A stretch of 61,514 nucleotides of DNA from NCBI GenBank assembly GCA_964548405.1, contig CAZJPW010000003.1, positions 1 to 61,514 of the forward strand, in the 5' to 3' direction. Source of the DNA: an uncultured Candidatus Saccharibacteria bacterium. GTDB taxonomy: Bacteria; Patescibacteriota; Minisyncoccia; Portnoybacterales; UBA2143. Position numbers and translations under genes: made by a program. The notes under the pieces are model-generated. The model did no database searches and had not been told where the DNA came from. It saw nothing but the letters and a program-made list of their open reading frames with translations. Positions 30,549 through 41,091 of the stretch are shown here, one piece after another; position 1 is the stretch's first letter; every line of letters begins with the position of its first letter.

Positions 30549-31660
30549 AAAAATTAATTTACATTGCCAATGCGCGGATGCCGACAGAAAAGGCGCACGG
30601 GATTCAGATAATGAAAATGTGCGAAGCTTTTGCTTTGTCTGGATTGGAAGTAGAATTGGTTTTGCCCTGGCGATTTAATAAGATTAAGGAGGATGTCTTT
30701 GATTATTATGGAGTCAGGAAGAATTTTAAGATTAAAAAGATATTTTCTTTAGATTTAATCTTTTTAAATATTCCCAGAATTTGTTTTTGGCTTCAAAGTT
30801 TAACTTTTTCTATTTCTGCTTTCTTTTATTTATTATCCAAAAAAACAGATATTTTTTATTCCCGAGATTCTTTTTCTTTGTATTTTTTAAGTTTTTTTAA
30901 GAAAAATCTGGTTTGTGAAGTTCATGCTGTTCCTAATAGTTTCTTTTTGCATAAACGGGTTTTTAAAAAGTCCAGAGCAATTGTTGTTATTACGGAAAAG
31001 ATAAAGGAAGAATTAGTTAAAAAAAGAATTTCAGAGAACAAAGTTCTGGTTGCTCCGGATGGGGTTAATTTGGATGATTTTAACATTAAAGTATCGAAGG
31101 CAGAAGCCAAGAAAAAATTAAATTTGCCCATGGATAAGAAAATTGTTATTTATGCCGGACTCTTTGATAAATGGAAGGGATATTTAACGCTTTTGAAGGC
31201 TTCTAAATTTTTTGAGAAAGAAATCAAATTAGTTATGATTGGCGGAACTGAAAAACAAGTAGAGAAATTAAAGAAAGAATATCCTAATGTTATTTTTCTA
31301 GGGTATTTGCCATATACTGATTTGCCTATAAATCAAAAAGCAGCTGATATATTAGTTATTCCTAATAGTGGGAAAACGTCTATTTCTAAATATTACACTT
31401 CGCCTTTAAAATTATTTAGTTATATGGCTAGTTATCGGCCGATTGTCGCTTCTGATTTACCATCATTAAGAGAAGTTTTAAATGAAAATAATGCTTTTTT
31501 AGTTAGGCCAGATAGTCCCAAAGATTTATTTCAAGGTATTAAACGAGTATTGAAAAACACTGATTTTTCTGCTAAAATTTCGGCACAAGCATATCAAGAT
31601 GTGCAGTTTTATAGTTGGATAAATCGAGTTAAAAAAATCGTACAACATGTCTTTTTTTAA
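30545..31660 (+). CDS. Glycosyltransferase family 4
   Basis: ARMPTEKAHGIQIMKMCEA, TSPLKLFSYMAS. Confidence 0.9.
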   Translation: MKKLIYIANARMPTEKAHGIQIMKMCEAFALSGLEVELVLPWRFNKIKEDVFDYYGVRKNFKIKKIFSLDLIFLNIPRICFWLQSLTFSISAFFYLLSKKTDIFYSRDSFSLYFLSFFKKNLVCEVHAVPNSFFLHKRVFKKSRAIVVITEKIKEELVKKRISENKVLVAPDGVNLDDFNIKVSKAEAKKKLNLPMDKKIVIYAGLFDKWKGYLTLLKASKFFEKEIKLVMIGGTEKQVEKLKKEYPNVIFLGYLPYTDLPINQKAADILVIPNSGKTSISKYYTSPLKLFSYMASYRPIVASDLPSLREVLNENNAFLVRPDSPKDLFQGIKRVLKNTDFSAKISAQAYQDVQFYSWINRVKKIVQHVFF

Positions 31661-33377
31661 AAAAAACTGGATTTTATTTTTAGTGATTACCCTAGGTCTT
31701 TTACTGCGTCTTTTTGGTATTACTTATGATTTGCCATTGAGTTCTCCAGTTGGTGATGAAGTTAGGATAGTTTCTGGGAGCTTAAAGATGCTTAATCAAA
31801 AAAGTTTAATTATAGATTTTGTTCATGGTAGTTATTTTCCATTATTATATTATCTCTACATTCCTGGATTACTAGTTTACGCTTTATTTTTGTTTCTGTT
31901 TTCTGACATTAATAGTTTGCTTGCTATAAAGGATTCGGTAATTTTATCTTTAGGTTCATGGTTAATAGTTGGACGATTAATTTCAGTTATTTTAGGAGTT
32001 GCATCTATTTATCTTTTATATTTAATAACTCAAAGATTATTTAATAGCAAGAATGTTTCTTTAATAGCTGCTTTGTTTTTTGCTTTGAGTCCAATTAATG
32101 TTGCTTTAAGTCATTTTGGTAAAGTTTGGGCGCCGCAACTATTTTTTATTCTTTTAGCCCTGTATTTTTGTTTAAGGTTTTTTATTAATTCGGATAGCAA
32201 AATTACCTATAAAAGATTATTAATAACAGCTGTTTTGATTTTGTTATCTTTTGCGACTAATTTAATTGGTGCTTTGTCTTATGTATTGTTTTTACTAATT
32301 TTATTAATTTTTTATTTTCAATTACAAATTAAATATTTTTTCAGATTTTTAATTTCTAAAAAATCATGGTTTTTTCATTTTTTACTGTTGGGAGGAACTT
32401 TTTTAACATTATTTTTAAGCAAAAGTTCATTAATTACTTATGGTTTGGGATTTCGTCTACTAATATTTCCTGGTTCTGGAAAAACTGGATCTTGGATTGG
32501 TACGATTTGGGATACTAATTTGCTTTATAGAATTGGGCTATCTTTAAGTTTTCTCTGGCAATTTGAAACTGTTGTTTTTTTGTTATTTATACCGGCTTTC
32601 TGGCTGATTTATAAGAGCCATAGAAAATCCTTTTATTTTTTATTGTTTTCTTTTTTAATTTTCTTTATTTCGCTAGGACCGCCACTTTTGCATTCAACGC
32701 GTTTTCGCTACATATCTCCTTCTTTTTCGTTTTTATTCATTCCAGTTGCTTATTTAATAAATGTTTATTTTAAAAAAATAACGAAAAAGAATGTTTTTCT
32801 TGGTTTGTTGTTTATTTTTATTTTAATTTCTCCAGTTCTGTTCATTAATTTAAAGTACGATTATTTATTGTATAAAAATAGTACCAGATTAACACTTTAT
32901 AATTGGATTGAAAATAATTTACAACCAGACGAAAATATTTTATTAGTTGATGCTTATTTTCTACAAGACATTGTTCCTAATGAAGAGGTAATTAAATTAA
33001 TAAAAGAAAATTCTCCCCAATACTATTCAACGCGTTTGTCTTATCTAGAAAATGATTTATTTAATAGATTGAGTCCTCGCAAGTATGGGATTTATTCTTC
33101 TGGATTTATTTGTCAGTGGCCTATTGAAGTAATCAAAAATATTAAATTTGATTATTTGGCTATATCAGGAATACACGATAATATGAATCTTTCAGATATT
33201 TGTGAAAATATTCCCATGCGTCGTTTTTCTAAAAAAAGTCTTATTCTTAAAGAAGATACCGGGCCTTTTTACGGTTATAGTATAGAAGGCGGTAGTCCCC
33301 TGGAGTCTTATCGTCCACTTTATTTTATAGATAAGCTTGGCGCTAAAATTAGCATTTATAAAGTTGAAATGGATTAG
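31647..33377 (+). CDS. GT-C fold membrane glycosyltransferase (ArnT/PMT-like)
   Basis: LLLRLFGI...GDE; GRLISVILG; ALFFALSP; multi-TM N-terminal part plus soluble C-terminal domain. Confidence 0.75.
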   Translation: MSFFKKNWILFLVITLGLLLRLFGITYDLPLSSPVGDEVRIVSGSLKMLNQKSLIIDFVHGSYFPLLYYLYIPGLLVYALFLFLFSDINSLLAIKDSVILSLGSWLIVGRLISVILGVASIYLLYLITQRLFNSKNVSLIAALFFALSPINVALSHFGKVWAPQLFFILLALYFCLRFFINSDSKITYKRLLITAVLILLSFATNLIGALSYVLFLLILLIFYFQLQIKYFFRFLISKKSWFFHFLLLGGTFLTLFLSKSSLITYGLGFRLLIFPGSGKTGSWIGTIWDTNLLYRIGLSLSFLWQFETVVFLLFIPAFWLIYKSHRKSFYFLLFSFLIFFISLGPPLLHSTRFRYISPSFSFLFIPVAYLINVYFKKITKKNVFLGLLFIFILISPVLFINLKYDYLLYKNSTRLTLYNWIENNLQPDENILLVDAYFLQDIVPNEEVIKLIKENSPQYYSTRLSYLENDLFNRLSPRKYGIYSSGFICQWPIEVIKNIKFDYLAISGIHDNMNLSDICENIPMRRFSKKSLILKEDTGPFYGYSIEGGSPLESYRPLYFIDKLGAKISIYKVEMD

Positions 33378-33378
33378 T

Positions 33379-34665
33379 ATGAAAACAAAAATATTAAATC
33401 TCATTCATAAATTTCAGCAATACTTTAAGATTGACCTTTTTTATTTGATTAAAGGAGGATCTTGGCTAACTTTAGGAAGAATAATAAATATTATTACTGC
33501 TTTTTTACTCTCTTTAGCATGGGCTAATTGGATAGACAAAGAAATTTTTGGAAATTATCAATATATTCTTTCTTTGGTGGGTATTATTTCTATATTTTCT
33601 CTTCCAGAAATGGATATAGCAGTAACTCGGGCAGTCGCCCGAAAATTTGAAGGTTCTTTTATTCGTGGATTTAAAACTCAATTAAAATGGGGGGTCTTAG
33701 GTAGTCTTTCGGCATTAGGAATAGCTGGTTATTATTGGATACAAGGCAATCAAAATCTTTCCTTATGTTTTTTAATCGCTGCTTTATTTTTACCTCTTTT
33801 TAATGCCTCGCTAATTTATCTTGGTTTTTTGACAGGAAGAAAATTATTTAATGTCCAAGTTAAATATGATGCAATTGTACAAATAATTGCCACTGCTATA
33901 ATGATTTTAACTTTGTTTTTTATTAAAGGATTTTCATCAGATGTTCCTGTTTATATCATTTTATGTTTACTCGTCTTTGTTTATTTTCTATCTAGGACTC
34001 TCTTGCGCGTTTTTTTCCTCGTCGTTACCAAGTTAAAATTCCAGCCAAATAAAAAAGAAGATGCCAATACTATTAGTTTTGGCAAAAAATTAAGCTTTTC
34101 CGGAGTAATCGATATTTTAACTGGTAATTTAGACAAGATACTCTTATTCCATTATTTGGGCGCTATTGATTTAGCTATCTATTCGTTTGCTAAATTGGTT
34201 CCAGAGCAAATTAGATTCTTTTTAGTAAGGCCTATTAGCACAATGTCTTTGCCTAAATTTTCTACCCGTCCTATAAAAGAATTAGAAAAAAACATTTTTA
34301 AAAAAATATACTACTGGACAGTTTTAATAAGCATCTCCGTCTTAGTCTATATTATTTTAGCTCCATTAATTTTTAATATTTTCTTTCCTAAATATTCAAG
34401 CGCTATTCCTTATTCCCAATTATATGCTTTATCAGTAATTCCATTATCTTTTCCTATAATTGGTAATATTTTTAAAACAAAAATGATGCTTAAGCAGATT
34501 TATCAGATGAAAATTATCTCTCCAATAATTAGGGCTGGTTTGTTTTTTATTTTAATTCCTTTATACGGTATTTGGGGAGCTATTTTAGGTGTTATTTGCG
34601 CTAGAACATTTAATGCTTTCTTAGTGTCAATTCTTTTCAAAAAGGCCAAATTTCCTAATGATTAA
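33379..34665 (+). CDS. wzx: Wzx-type oligosaccharide flippase
   Basis: IKGGSWLTLGR, FGNYQYILS, NLDKILL...LAIYSFA, LYGIWGAILG; ATG 33379 follows the upstream stop. Confidence 0.85.
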   Translation: MKTKILNLIHKFQQYFKIDLFYLIKGGSWLTLGRIINIITAFLLSLAWANWIDKEIFGNYQYILSLVGIISIFSLPEMDIAVTRAVARKFEGSFIRGFKTQLKWGVLGSLSALGIAGYYWIQGNQNLSLCFLIAALFLPLFNASLIYLGFLTGRKLFNVQVKYDAIVQIIATAIMILTLFFIKGFSSDVPVYIILCLLVFVYFLSRTLLRVFFLVVTKLKFQPNKKEDANTISFGKKLSFSGVIDILTGNLDKILLFHYLGAIDLAIYSFAKLVPEQIRFFLVRPISTMSLPKFSTRPIKELEKNIFKKIYYWTVLISISVLVYIILAPLIFNIFFPKYSSAIPYSQLYALSVIPLSFPIIGNIFKTKMMLKQIYQMKIISPIIRAGLFFILIPLYGIWGAILGVICARTFNAFLVSILFKKAKFPND

Positions 34666-35821
34666 ATTTACAAAACAATATTTAGAAAACATATTTTTTG
34701 TTACTGCTGCTTTTGTTTTGTCGCCTTATTTTTACATTGTTTCTTTTTTAAATAAGCTTAAATCTAAAAAGGATTTGAGAATCTTAATTATTCAAACGGC
34801 TAAAATAGGAGATTTGGTTTGTAGCACTCCTGTTTTTAGAGAGATTAAGAAGAAATATCCAGATAGTTATTTGGCTGTGCTTGTTCTTTCATTGACTAAG
34901 GGCGTTATAGAGAACAATCCGTATATTGATGAAGTTATTTTAATTGATTATGAAAAATTCGATGGAATAAGCAATAAGATCGAATTAATAAAAGAAATAA
35001 AAAGTAAGAATTTTAATTGGAGTTTTAGCTTATTGCCTGAAATTTCGAATAATATAGTTCCTTTTTGGGCTGGAATTCCTAATCGAGTGGCAACAACCTC
35101 CAAATATACTACTCAAGGAGTAAAGTTTCTCTCAATTTTTAATACTTGCGTTTTAGAGTATAAAAGGAATACTTTGTCTACGAGGCATTATTTAAATCTT
35201 TTAGGCTTTATTGGAATTAAAAAAACAAGTCAAAAGAAAGAAATTTTCACAACAAAAGAACAGAATAAAAAAGCTTCTAGGTTTTTAAAGAAGCATAGTT
35301 TGGAGAATAACGATTTTTTAATTGGTATTTCTGTGACAGCTGGGAATGAATTTAAAGAATGGCTGCCTGAAAAGTTTACTCAATTAGCCGATAAGCTGGT
35401 TAAAAAATTAGATGCGAAAATAATATTTGTCGGTTCAATCAAGGATAAACAAATTATTAATAAAGTTCAATCTATGATGAATCAAAAAAGCATTAATGCT
35501 AGCGCACTTTTTAATTTATCTGAAGTACCAGCTTTATTTAAGCATTTTAAGGTTTTTATTAGCGTTGATACCGGTTCTTTGTATATAGCTAATGCAATGA
35601 ATGTTCCGGTAGTTGACATTGCTGGGCCTATTAATATTTATGAACAGCCGCCCCTAGGAGATAAATGTGAAATTGTTCAGAAAAAAATATCTTGTTCTCC
35701 GTGTTCTTTTATGATTCCGCCAGCCAGGTTTTGCAAGCAAGGTCATCGCCAATGCATTGAAAAGATTACAGTAGATGATGTTTTTGAGGCTGTGCTTAAT
35801 TTAGTTAATCAAAATGTTTAA
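34658..35821 (+). CDS. Glycosyltransferase family 9 (heptosyltransferase-like)
   Basis: ILIIQTAKIGDLVCSTP, KEWLPEKF, FISVDTGSLYIANAMNVPVV. Confidence 0.88.
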   Translation: MIKFTKQYLENIFFVTAAFVLSPYFYIVSFLNKLKSKKDLRILIIQTAKIGDLVCSTPVFREIKKKYPDSYLAVLVLSLTKGVIENNPYIDEVILIDYEKFDGISNKIELIKEIKSKNFNWSFSLLPEISNNIVPFWAGIPNRVATTSKYTTQGVKFLSIFNTCVLEYKRNTLSTRHYLNLLGFIGIKKTSQKKEIFTTKEQNKKASRFLKKHSLENNDFLIGISVTAGNEFKEWLPEKFTQLADKLVKKLDAKIIFVGSIKDKQIINKVQSMMNQKSINASALFNLSEVPALFKHFKVFISVDTGSLYIANAMNVPVVDIAGPINIYEQPPLGDKCEIVQKKISCSPCSFMIPPARFCKQGHRQCIEKITVDDVFEAVLNLVNQNV

Positions 35822-37046
35822 TAAATCAAATTTGTCTAAACAAGAAATAAGGACTTTTTATTTGAATCAAATTCAAAGCGTTTTTAGAAAATTGTTTAAC
35901 AGTTGTTTTCAATATCCAGAGAGGCAATTTAATCGTTCATATCTTAAAAATCTTATTGAGGAGTATCTTATTTACAGGGGATTTTGTATTTTTGGAGAAA
36001 AAAAGGGACAAGAAGAAAGTTTAGAGCGATTTTCAAGAGAGGCAAAGAAGAGGTTTGTCGATGCTCTTAAGCAAAAGAATATTAATGAATTTTTGCTTAT
36101 TACTGATATATACAATGATCTTTTTAGATTAAAAAAAGAAATCAATCCAAAAATTATTTCTTCTCAAACAAAAGAGATTAAGAAATTCAGACTTAATGAA
36201 TATAAGCATTTAAGCAAAAAATATTTAGACATAGTTTTTGTACAGGAACAAATTAAGGCACAAGCTGATGATTTTATTGATTTTTTTCTAGTTCATGGAA
36301 GTTACGCTAGCAAGGATTTTATAAAAGGATGGAGCGACCTTGATACTATGGTTGTTCTGAATAATAAAGTTTTTAAAGAAGAACAAGCATTTAACAGAGT
36401 TCGTCGCTTTTTTCAAAAACTTTCATTGGTTTGTTATCGTTTTGATTTAACTACCCATCATAGATTTATTTTTTTAACAGATTTTGACTTAAACTATTAC
36501 TCTCAATCTATTTTGCCTTTGGTGGTTTATGAGAATTGTTTTGATTTGTCTTCTAATTCTAACAAATTAAACTTTATGATTAGGGATGATTATTTTGAAA
36601 AGAATCAATCACTTGATGATTTTTTGGAATACTTTGGATACATTGCAAAAAAACCTCAAATTACCTCTTGGCAATTAAAGAAGCAAATATCCATGCTTTT
36701 GTTAATGCCTTCGTTGCTCTTACAGACAAAAAATATTTATGTTTATAAAAAACATTCCTTTGAATTGGCAAAAAAAGAATTTCCTGAACTTGATTTCAGT
36801 ATTATTGATGAGGCTTCTGAAAAAAGAAATAAATGGAAGTTGCCTTGGCATTCTTTTTATTTAAATAAGCGCTTAATTATGTCTTGTCCAATAGGTTTGG
36901 CTGATTTTTTCCACCGATTTATTCTATATCCATATACGCATTTCCCAATAAGAGATCAACAAATTTTATCTTTTTTGAAGCAATCTGAAAGTTTTTGTCA
37001 ACAAGCGATTAAAATCGTTAAAGAAGACAACCATGATAAATTTTGA
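35814..37046 (+). CDS. Pol-beta superfamily nucleotidyltransferase-domain protein
   Basis: FLVHGSYASKDFIKGWSDLDTMVVL (hGS...DxD). Confidence 0.7.
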   Translation: MFNKSNLSKQEIRTFYLNQIQSVFRKLFNSCFQYPERQFNRSYLKNLIEEYLIYRGFCIFGEKKGQEESLERFSREAKKRFVDALKQKNINEFLLITDIYNDLFRLKKEINPKIISSQTKEIKKFRLNEYKHLSKKYLDIVFVQEQIKAQADDFIDFFLVHGSYASKDFIKGWSDLDTMVVLNNKVFKEEQAFNRVRRFFQKLSLVCYRFDLTTHHRFIFLTDFDLNYYSQSILPLVVYENCFDLSSNSNKLNFMIRDDYFEKNQSLDDFLEYFGYIAKKPQITSWQLKKQISMLLLMPSLLLQTKNIYVYKKHSFELAKKEFPELDFSIIDEASEKRNKWKLPWHSFYLNKRLIMSCPIGLADFFHRFILYPYTHFPIRDQQILSFLKQSESFCQQAIKIVKEDNHDKF

Positions 37047-38229
37047 TTTAGATAAAATTGAATTATTTAATTTTCCAAAATATTTAAAAAGAGCTGATTA
37101 TGAAAATCTTTGCAATTTAGTTGTGGCTGATTTGAAATTAAATCCAGATATTGTGGCAGTTTATTTAGCTGGCGGTAATTGGGTGCCTGGCATATCGGAT
37201 TTGGATATTATTGTTGTTTATAAAAATCAAAGACAGAGCCAATATAATATTAAAAGCCCTTGGGCACTTTCAAAAGAGGCAGAATACGTCTTTATGCATG
37301 TTTATGAAAATTATACAGAAGCATCTTTTAGAGATTTGCATTATTTTTCTCCTAAGTTTAATAAAATCAAGCTTTTATATGGTTCTTCTGTTTCTCCGCG
37401 TCTTCCTGAAAAAGAGCTTAATAGTCTTGAATATAATTGGTTGCAGGCTTCGTTTGCTTTTGATTTTCTTATTAATAAATTACTTTTATTTTTTCGACAC
37501 GATCTCGAAAATAAAATAAATGTTCGTGAAGCAATTGTAGTTATTAGTTCTTTGGTTTATACTATTTCTGTGGTTGAGAAAATCACCAACTTAAAAATAG
37601 AAACAAATTTTCCTCAAAAAATTACTTCCCTTCGAAATAATTGGTTTGTAAATTCTCAAGAAAAAAATATTAAATCTTTATTTAATTTACTGGAAGAAGC
37701 AGAATCTTTAATATTAAGGATAGTTCAATTATTAGCAGAATTTTTAGAAAAAGAGATTCCGGACGTTGTCAAAAAGATGAAAGAATCAACATTTTATTTT
37801 AGAAATTCTCATTATGATTTAATTTTTATGCCTAATTGGAATGAGAAAATTTTCTTGTCAGAATTTAAAAAAGGATTAATTGAATTTAACCCTCCATTTT
37901 TTAGGAGAAGAAAAAATATTGATAGTTATCGTTTAGTTCTTCCATCTGTACTTTTCTTTTTTTTAAGAAGTTATACATTAGTAGAGGGGCAATGGAGTGA
38001 TTGGCTGAAGAAAAGTGTTAGAAATAATCAATTATTGATAAAAACTCCGGTCAATAAGGGCATTAAAGAACACGCTCTAGCTACTAATAGATACATAAAC
38101 GAGTGCATAGCATCTGGCGACAAGATTTTAAAATTATGGCTTTCCTATGGCTTTTTCCCTTATCCTCGGTCAATTAAGAGGAAAATAGCTGATTTAATAA
38201 TTTTATTTTTGAGAAAATTAAATTTATGA
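37033..38229 (+). CDS. Pol-beta superfamily nucleotidyltransferase-like protein
   Basis: VAVYLAGGNWVPGISDLDIIVV. Confidence 0.6.
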   Translation: MINFDLDKIELFNFPKYLKRADYENLCNLVVADLKLNPDIVAVYLAGGNWVPGISDLDIIVVYKNQRQSQYNIKSPWALSKEAEYVFMHVYENYTEASFRDLHYFSPKFNKIKLLYGSSVSPRLPEKELNSLEYNWLQASFAFDFLINKLLLFFRHDLENKINVREAIVVISSLVYTISVVEKITNLKIETNFPQKITSLRNNWFVNSQEKNIKSLFNLLEEAESLILRIVQLLAEFLEKEIPDVVKKMKESTFYFRNSHYDLIFMPNWNEKIFLSEFKKGLIEFNPPFFRRRKNIDSYRLVLPSVLFFFLRSYTLVEGQWSDWLKKSVRNNQLLIKTPVNKGIKEHALATNRYINECIASGDKILKLWLSYGFFPYPRSIKRKIADLIILFLRKLNL

Positions 38230-39374
38230 AAATTGGTTTAGATTATATAACTGCTTTTGGTGAAGGTGGAGTTGCTACTTACACGAAGGGGCTTATTAAG
38301 GGTTTAGCTGAAATTGATCAGGAAAATAGTTATTATTTGTATACTTATTTGCATAAGTTATTGCCCTTTTATAAAAATGAAATTATTCATCAGGAAAATT
38401 TTCATTATCAAGCTGGATATTTTTGTTGGCCATATAAATTTTTAAGAAAAAATGTTGATGCTTTTGAACAGCAGTTATTGCTCCGGAAAAGTAAAAAAAA
38501 TAAAATAGATATTTTTCATTTAACTAATCCAATGAAATTTAGTCAGCATTTAGAAAACTTTGTGGTAACTATTCACGATCTTTGTTATCTAAAAGAACCG
38601 AATTTTGTTAAAAGACATTCAATTGTTTTTTTTCAAAAAAATATTCAAAATATTTTGAATAAGTGTCGTGGCATTATTTCTGTTTCAGAGGCTACTAAAA
38701 AAGATATTTTAGATAATTTTAGTATCTCTTCTGAAAAGATATCTGTTATTTATGAAGGAGTTTCAAAGATATTTAAGCGGCAACCAAATAAAAGCTATCT
38801 TAGTAAAAAATTTAACTTAGATAAAGAGTATATATTATATCTTGGTGAAATCCAGCCAAGGAAGAACTTACTTCGTCTTTTTCAAGCTTATAGCCGCCTA
38901 CCTGCTTTTTTAAGGAAAAAACATCATTTAGTTATAGTAGGGCAGTCAAGAAACGAGATTATTATGAAAGAGTTAATGAATCAAATTAAAAAATTGAAAA
39001 TAAGGAACCAGGTTAAATTTTTAGGATATGTAAATACTGATGATTTGCCATATCTTTATAGTTCGGCAAGAGTTTTTGTTTATCCATCTCTATATGAGGG
39101 TTTTGGCTTGCCTGTTTTAGAATCTTTAACTTGTGGCACACCCGTAATTACTTCTAATGTTTCTTCATTACCAGAAGTTCTAGGTCAAGGTGGTTTATTA
39201 ATTGATCCTTATAGCGTTGGAGAAATGAAATTGGCTATAGAAAAGATTTTAACAGAAAATAATTTAAGGGATAATTTAGCTAAAAAAGGCCTAGAGCATA
39301 GTCGTCATTTTACCTGGCAGAATACTGCTCAACAAACATTAAATTTTTATAAAAAGATTTATGAAAAATACTAA
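38226..39374 (+). CDS. Glycosyltransferase family 4 (mannosyltransferase-like subgroup)
   Basis: VVTIHDL, GEIQPRKN, YPSLYEGFGLPVLE, SSLPEV. Confidence 0.92.
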   Translation: MKIGLDYITAFGEGGVATYTKGLIKGLAEIDQENSYYLYTYLHKLLPFYKNEIIHQENFHYQAGYFCWPYKFLRKNVDAFEQQLLLRKSKKNKIDIFHLTNPMKFSQHLENFVVTIHDLCYLKEPNFVKRHSIVFFQKNIQNILNKCRGIISVSEATKKDILDNFSISSEKISVIYEGVSKIFKRQPNKSYLSKKFNLDKEYILYLGEIQPRKNLLRLFQAYSRLPAFLRKKHHLVIVGQSRNEIIMKELMNQIKKLKIRNQVKFLGYVNTDDLPYLYSSARVFVYPSLYEGFGLPVLESLTCGTPVITSNVSSLPEVLGQGGLLIDPYSVGEMKLAIEKILTENNLRDNLAKKGLEHSRHFTWQNTAQQTLNFYKKIYEKY

Positions 39375-41064
39375 AAACAACTTTTTATTTATCAGTATAT
39401 TTTTATTACTCGTGTTTATTTTAGCGGTTATTGTTTGGTATTCTCCAATTCTATTTAAAGGATATTCAACTCATTCTTTAAATATTAATGCATTAATGGC
39501 GCGTAATATTCATTTAACCGGTCTTTGTTCGACAGAAAATGACCTTAATGTTCTTTTGTCTTCAAGTTTAATTCAAGAGCAGGGACATATCTCTGCTTGT
39601 GGTAATAAATTAGCCCCTTTGCTTTATAGTAAAATATTCGATGTTATTGGCTTGCCTGAAATTAACAGCTTAATTTTTTTCTCTATTCTTATTTGTGCTT
39701 TAACTTTAATAATTTTTACTGGCCTTATTCTTTATTTATTTGATTTTAAAATTGCTTTAGTTTTTTCTTTAATTTATATATTTTTACCATTTAATTGGCA
39801 TTTACCTCATAGTTTGAGAGATTATGAATTTGCTTTGTTCTTTTTGTCTTTGTTCTTTTTGCTATTTTTTTACGGACTAAAACATAAATATAGTTATATT
39901 TATTTGCCTACTTCAGGTATTTTTTTAGTATTGGCTTGCTTATTTAAAGAAGCGTTATTTTTAATTGCTCCTTTTCTCTTGTTATTTTTGTGGTTTAAAA
40001 AACAGAAAAAATCTCTCTTTTACGTTTTTATCCCATTTTTAATTATTCTTGCTATTTTTTGGTTGCCCAATATTTCTCATAATTCTTATTTGCAAATGTT
40101 TACTACGCAAGTTTCAGAAAAAGACAAAGGGGCAAATTTTGCTATTTATATTCATGTTTATCCTGATCCATATACTTACCGTTTTGAGCAAGAAGAATAT
40201 TTAAACAAAACCAGAGAACTGATAAATAATAACCAATTGGTCTTAATGAAAGAAATAGATATAATAAGAGAATTTAAAAATTTGGGAGTTTGGGATATAA
40301 GTTTATTTGATAGAATTAGGGCTGGACTAATGCTTGGTTCAAGGCATATTTTTAGATTTGTTTCTTTGGAAGATATTGGAGGACCTTTTATTTTTCTTTT
40401 AATTCTTTTAGGTTTTTATAGCTTGAGACAAAAAAATAGATACTTATATCAATTTTTTTCCTATTGGGTTTTTTCAGCTATGTTTTTAATGTCTTTTATT
40501 ATTTTGGCGAGCCGAAGTCATCTTATGGATTTTAATTGGGCGATTGCTTTATTAATTTCTTTAGGGATAATATTTTTATTTGAACTAATCAGCGATTATT
40601 TTGATCTAAAAAAGAAAAACCGGGTTTTTCTTTATGTGGCGCTTTTATTTATTGTTGTATATCATCTTATTTTAGTTAATCATGTTGTCTGGAGTAATAT
40701 TTATGATAATAGCAACAATTTAATGATTCAAGCTTACAGTCGAGAAATTAAGAAGTTAGACATTGCTGATAGTGATGTTATTGCTCTTGATTTAACTTCT
40801 AGTGCTATGTATAATTTAAATTATACAACTGATAAATCAGTTATTTTATTTAGGTCAGAAACAATTAAAGATTTATTAGAAGAAAATAAATTAGATTGGG
40901 CTTTTAGGCAATTTGGGGTAAAGTATATTTTGGGATATTCGGATGAATTAAGTCAAAAAATTATTAATCAAACAGATATTGTTAATATTGCTTCTAATTC
41001 TTTAGAACCAGTTGCCATAGAAACGTCTCGTAATAAGGGTTGGCTGATGAATTTAGTTAAATAG
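39361..41064 (+). CDS. Multi-pass membrane protein, probable GT-C fold glycosyltransferase
   Basis: About 11 TM helices with an extracytoplasmic loop; layout resembles PMT_2/ArnT; no diagnostic motif recognised. Confidence 0.55.
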   Translation: MKNTKNNFLFISIFLLLVFILAVIVWYSPILFKGYSTHSLNINALMARNIHLTGLCSTENDLNVLLSSSLIQEQGHISACGNKLAPLLYSKIFDVIGLPEINSLIFFSILICALTLIIFTGLILYLFDFKIALVFSLIYIFLPFNWHLPHSLRDYEFALFFLSLFFLLFFYGLKHKYSYIYLPTSGIFLVLACLFKEALFLIAPFLLLFLWFKKQKKSLFYVFIPFLIILAIFWLPNISHNSYLQMFTTQVSEKDKGANFAIYIHVYPDPYTYRFEQEEYLNKTRELINNNQLVLMKEIDIIREFKNLGVWDISLFDRIRAGLMLGSRHIFRFVSLEDIGGPFIFLLILLGFYSLRQKNRYLYQFFSYWVFSAMFLMSFIILASRSHLMDFNWAIALLISLGIIFLFELISDYFDLKKKNRVFLYVALLFIVVYHLILVNHVVWSNIYDNSNNLMIQAYSREIKKLDIADSDVIALDLTSSAMYNLNYTTDKSVILFRSETIKDLLEENKLDWAFRQFGVKYILGYSDELSQKIINQTDIVNIASNSLEPVAIETSRNKGWLMNLVK

Positions 41065-41091
41065 GTTAGAATGTAATAATTAGAAAATCTA

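Noticed and set aside
35814-38229. CBASS or MNT-HEPN defence system
   Set aside because: No Cap effector, ubiquitin-like or HEPN partner gene is present; both NTases are coupled to glycosyltransferases.
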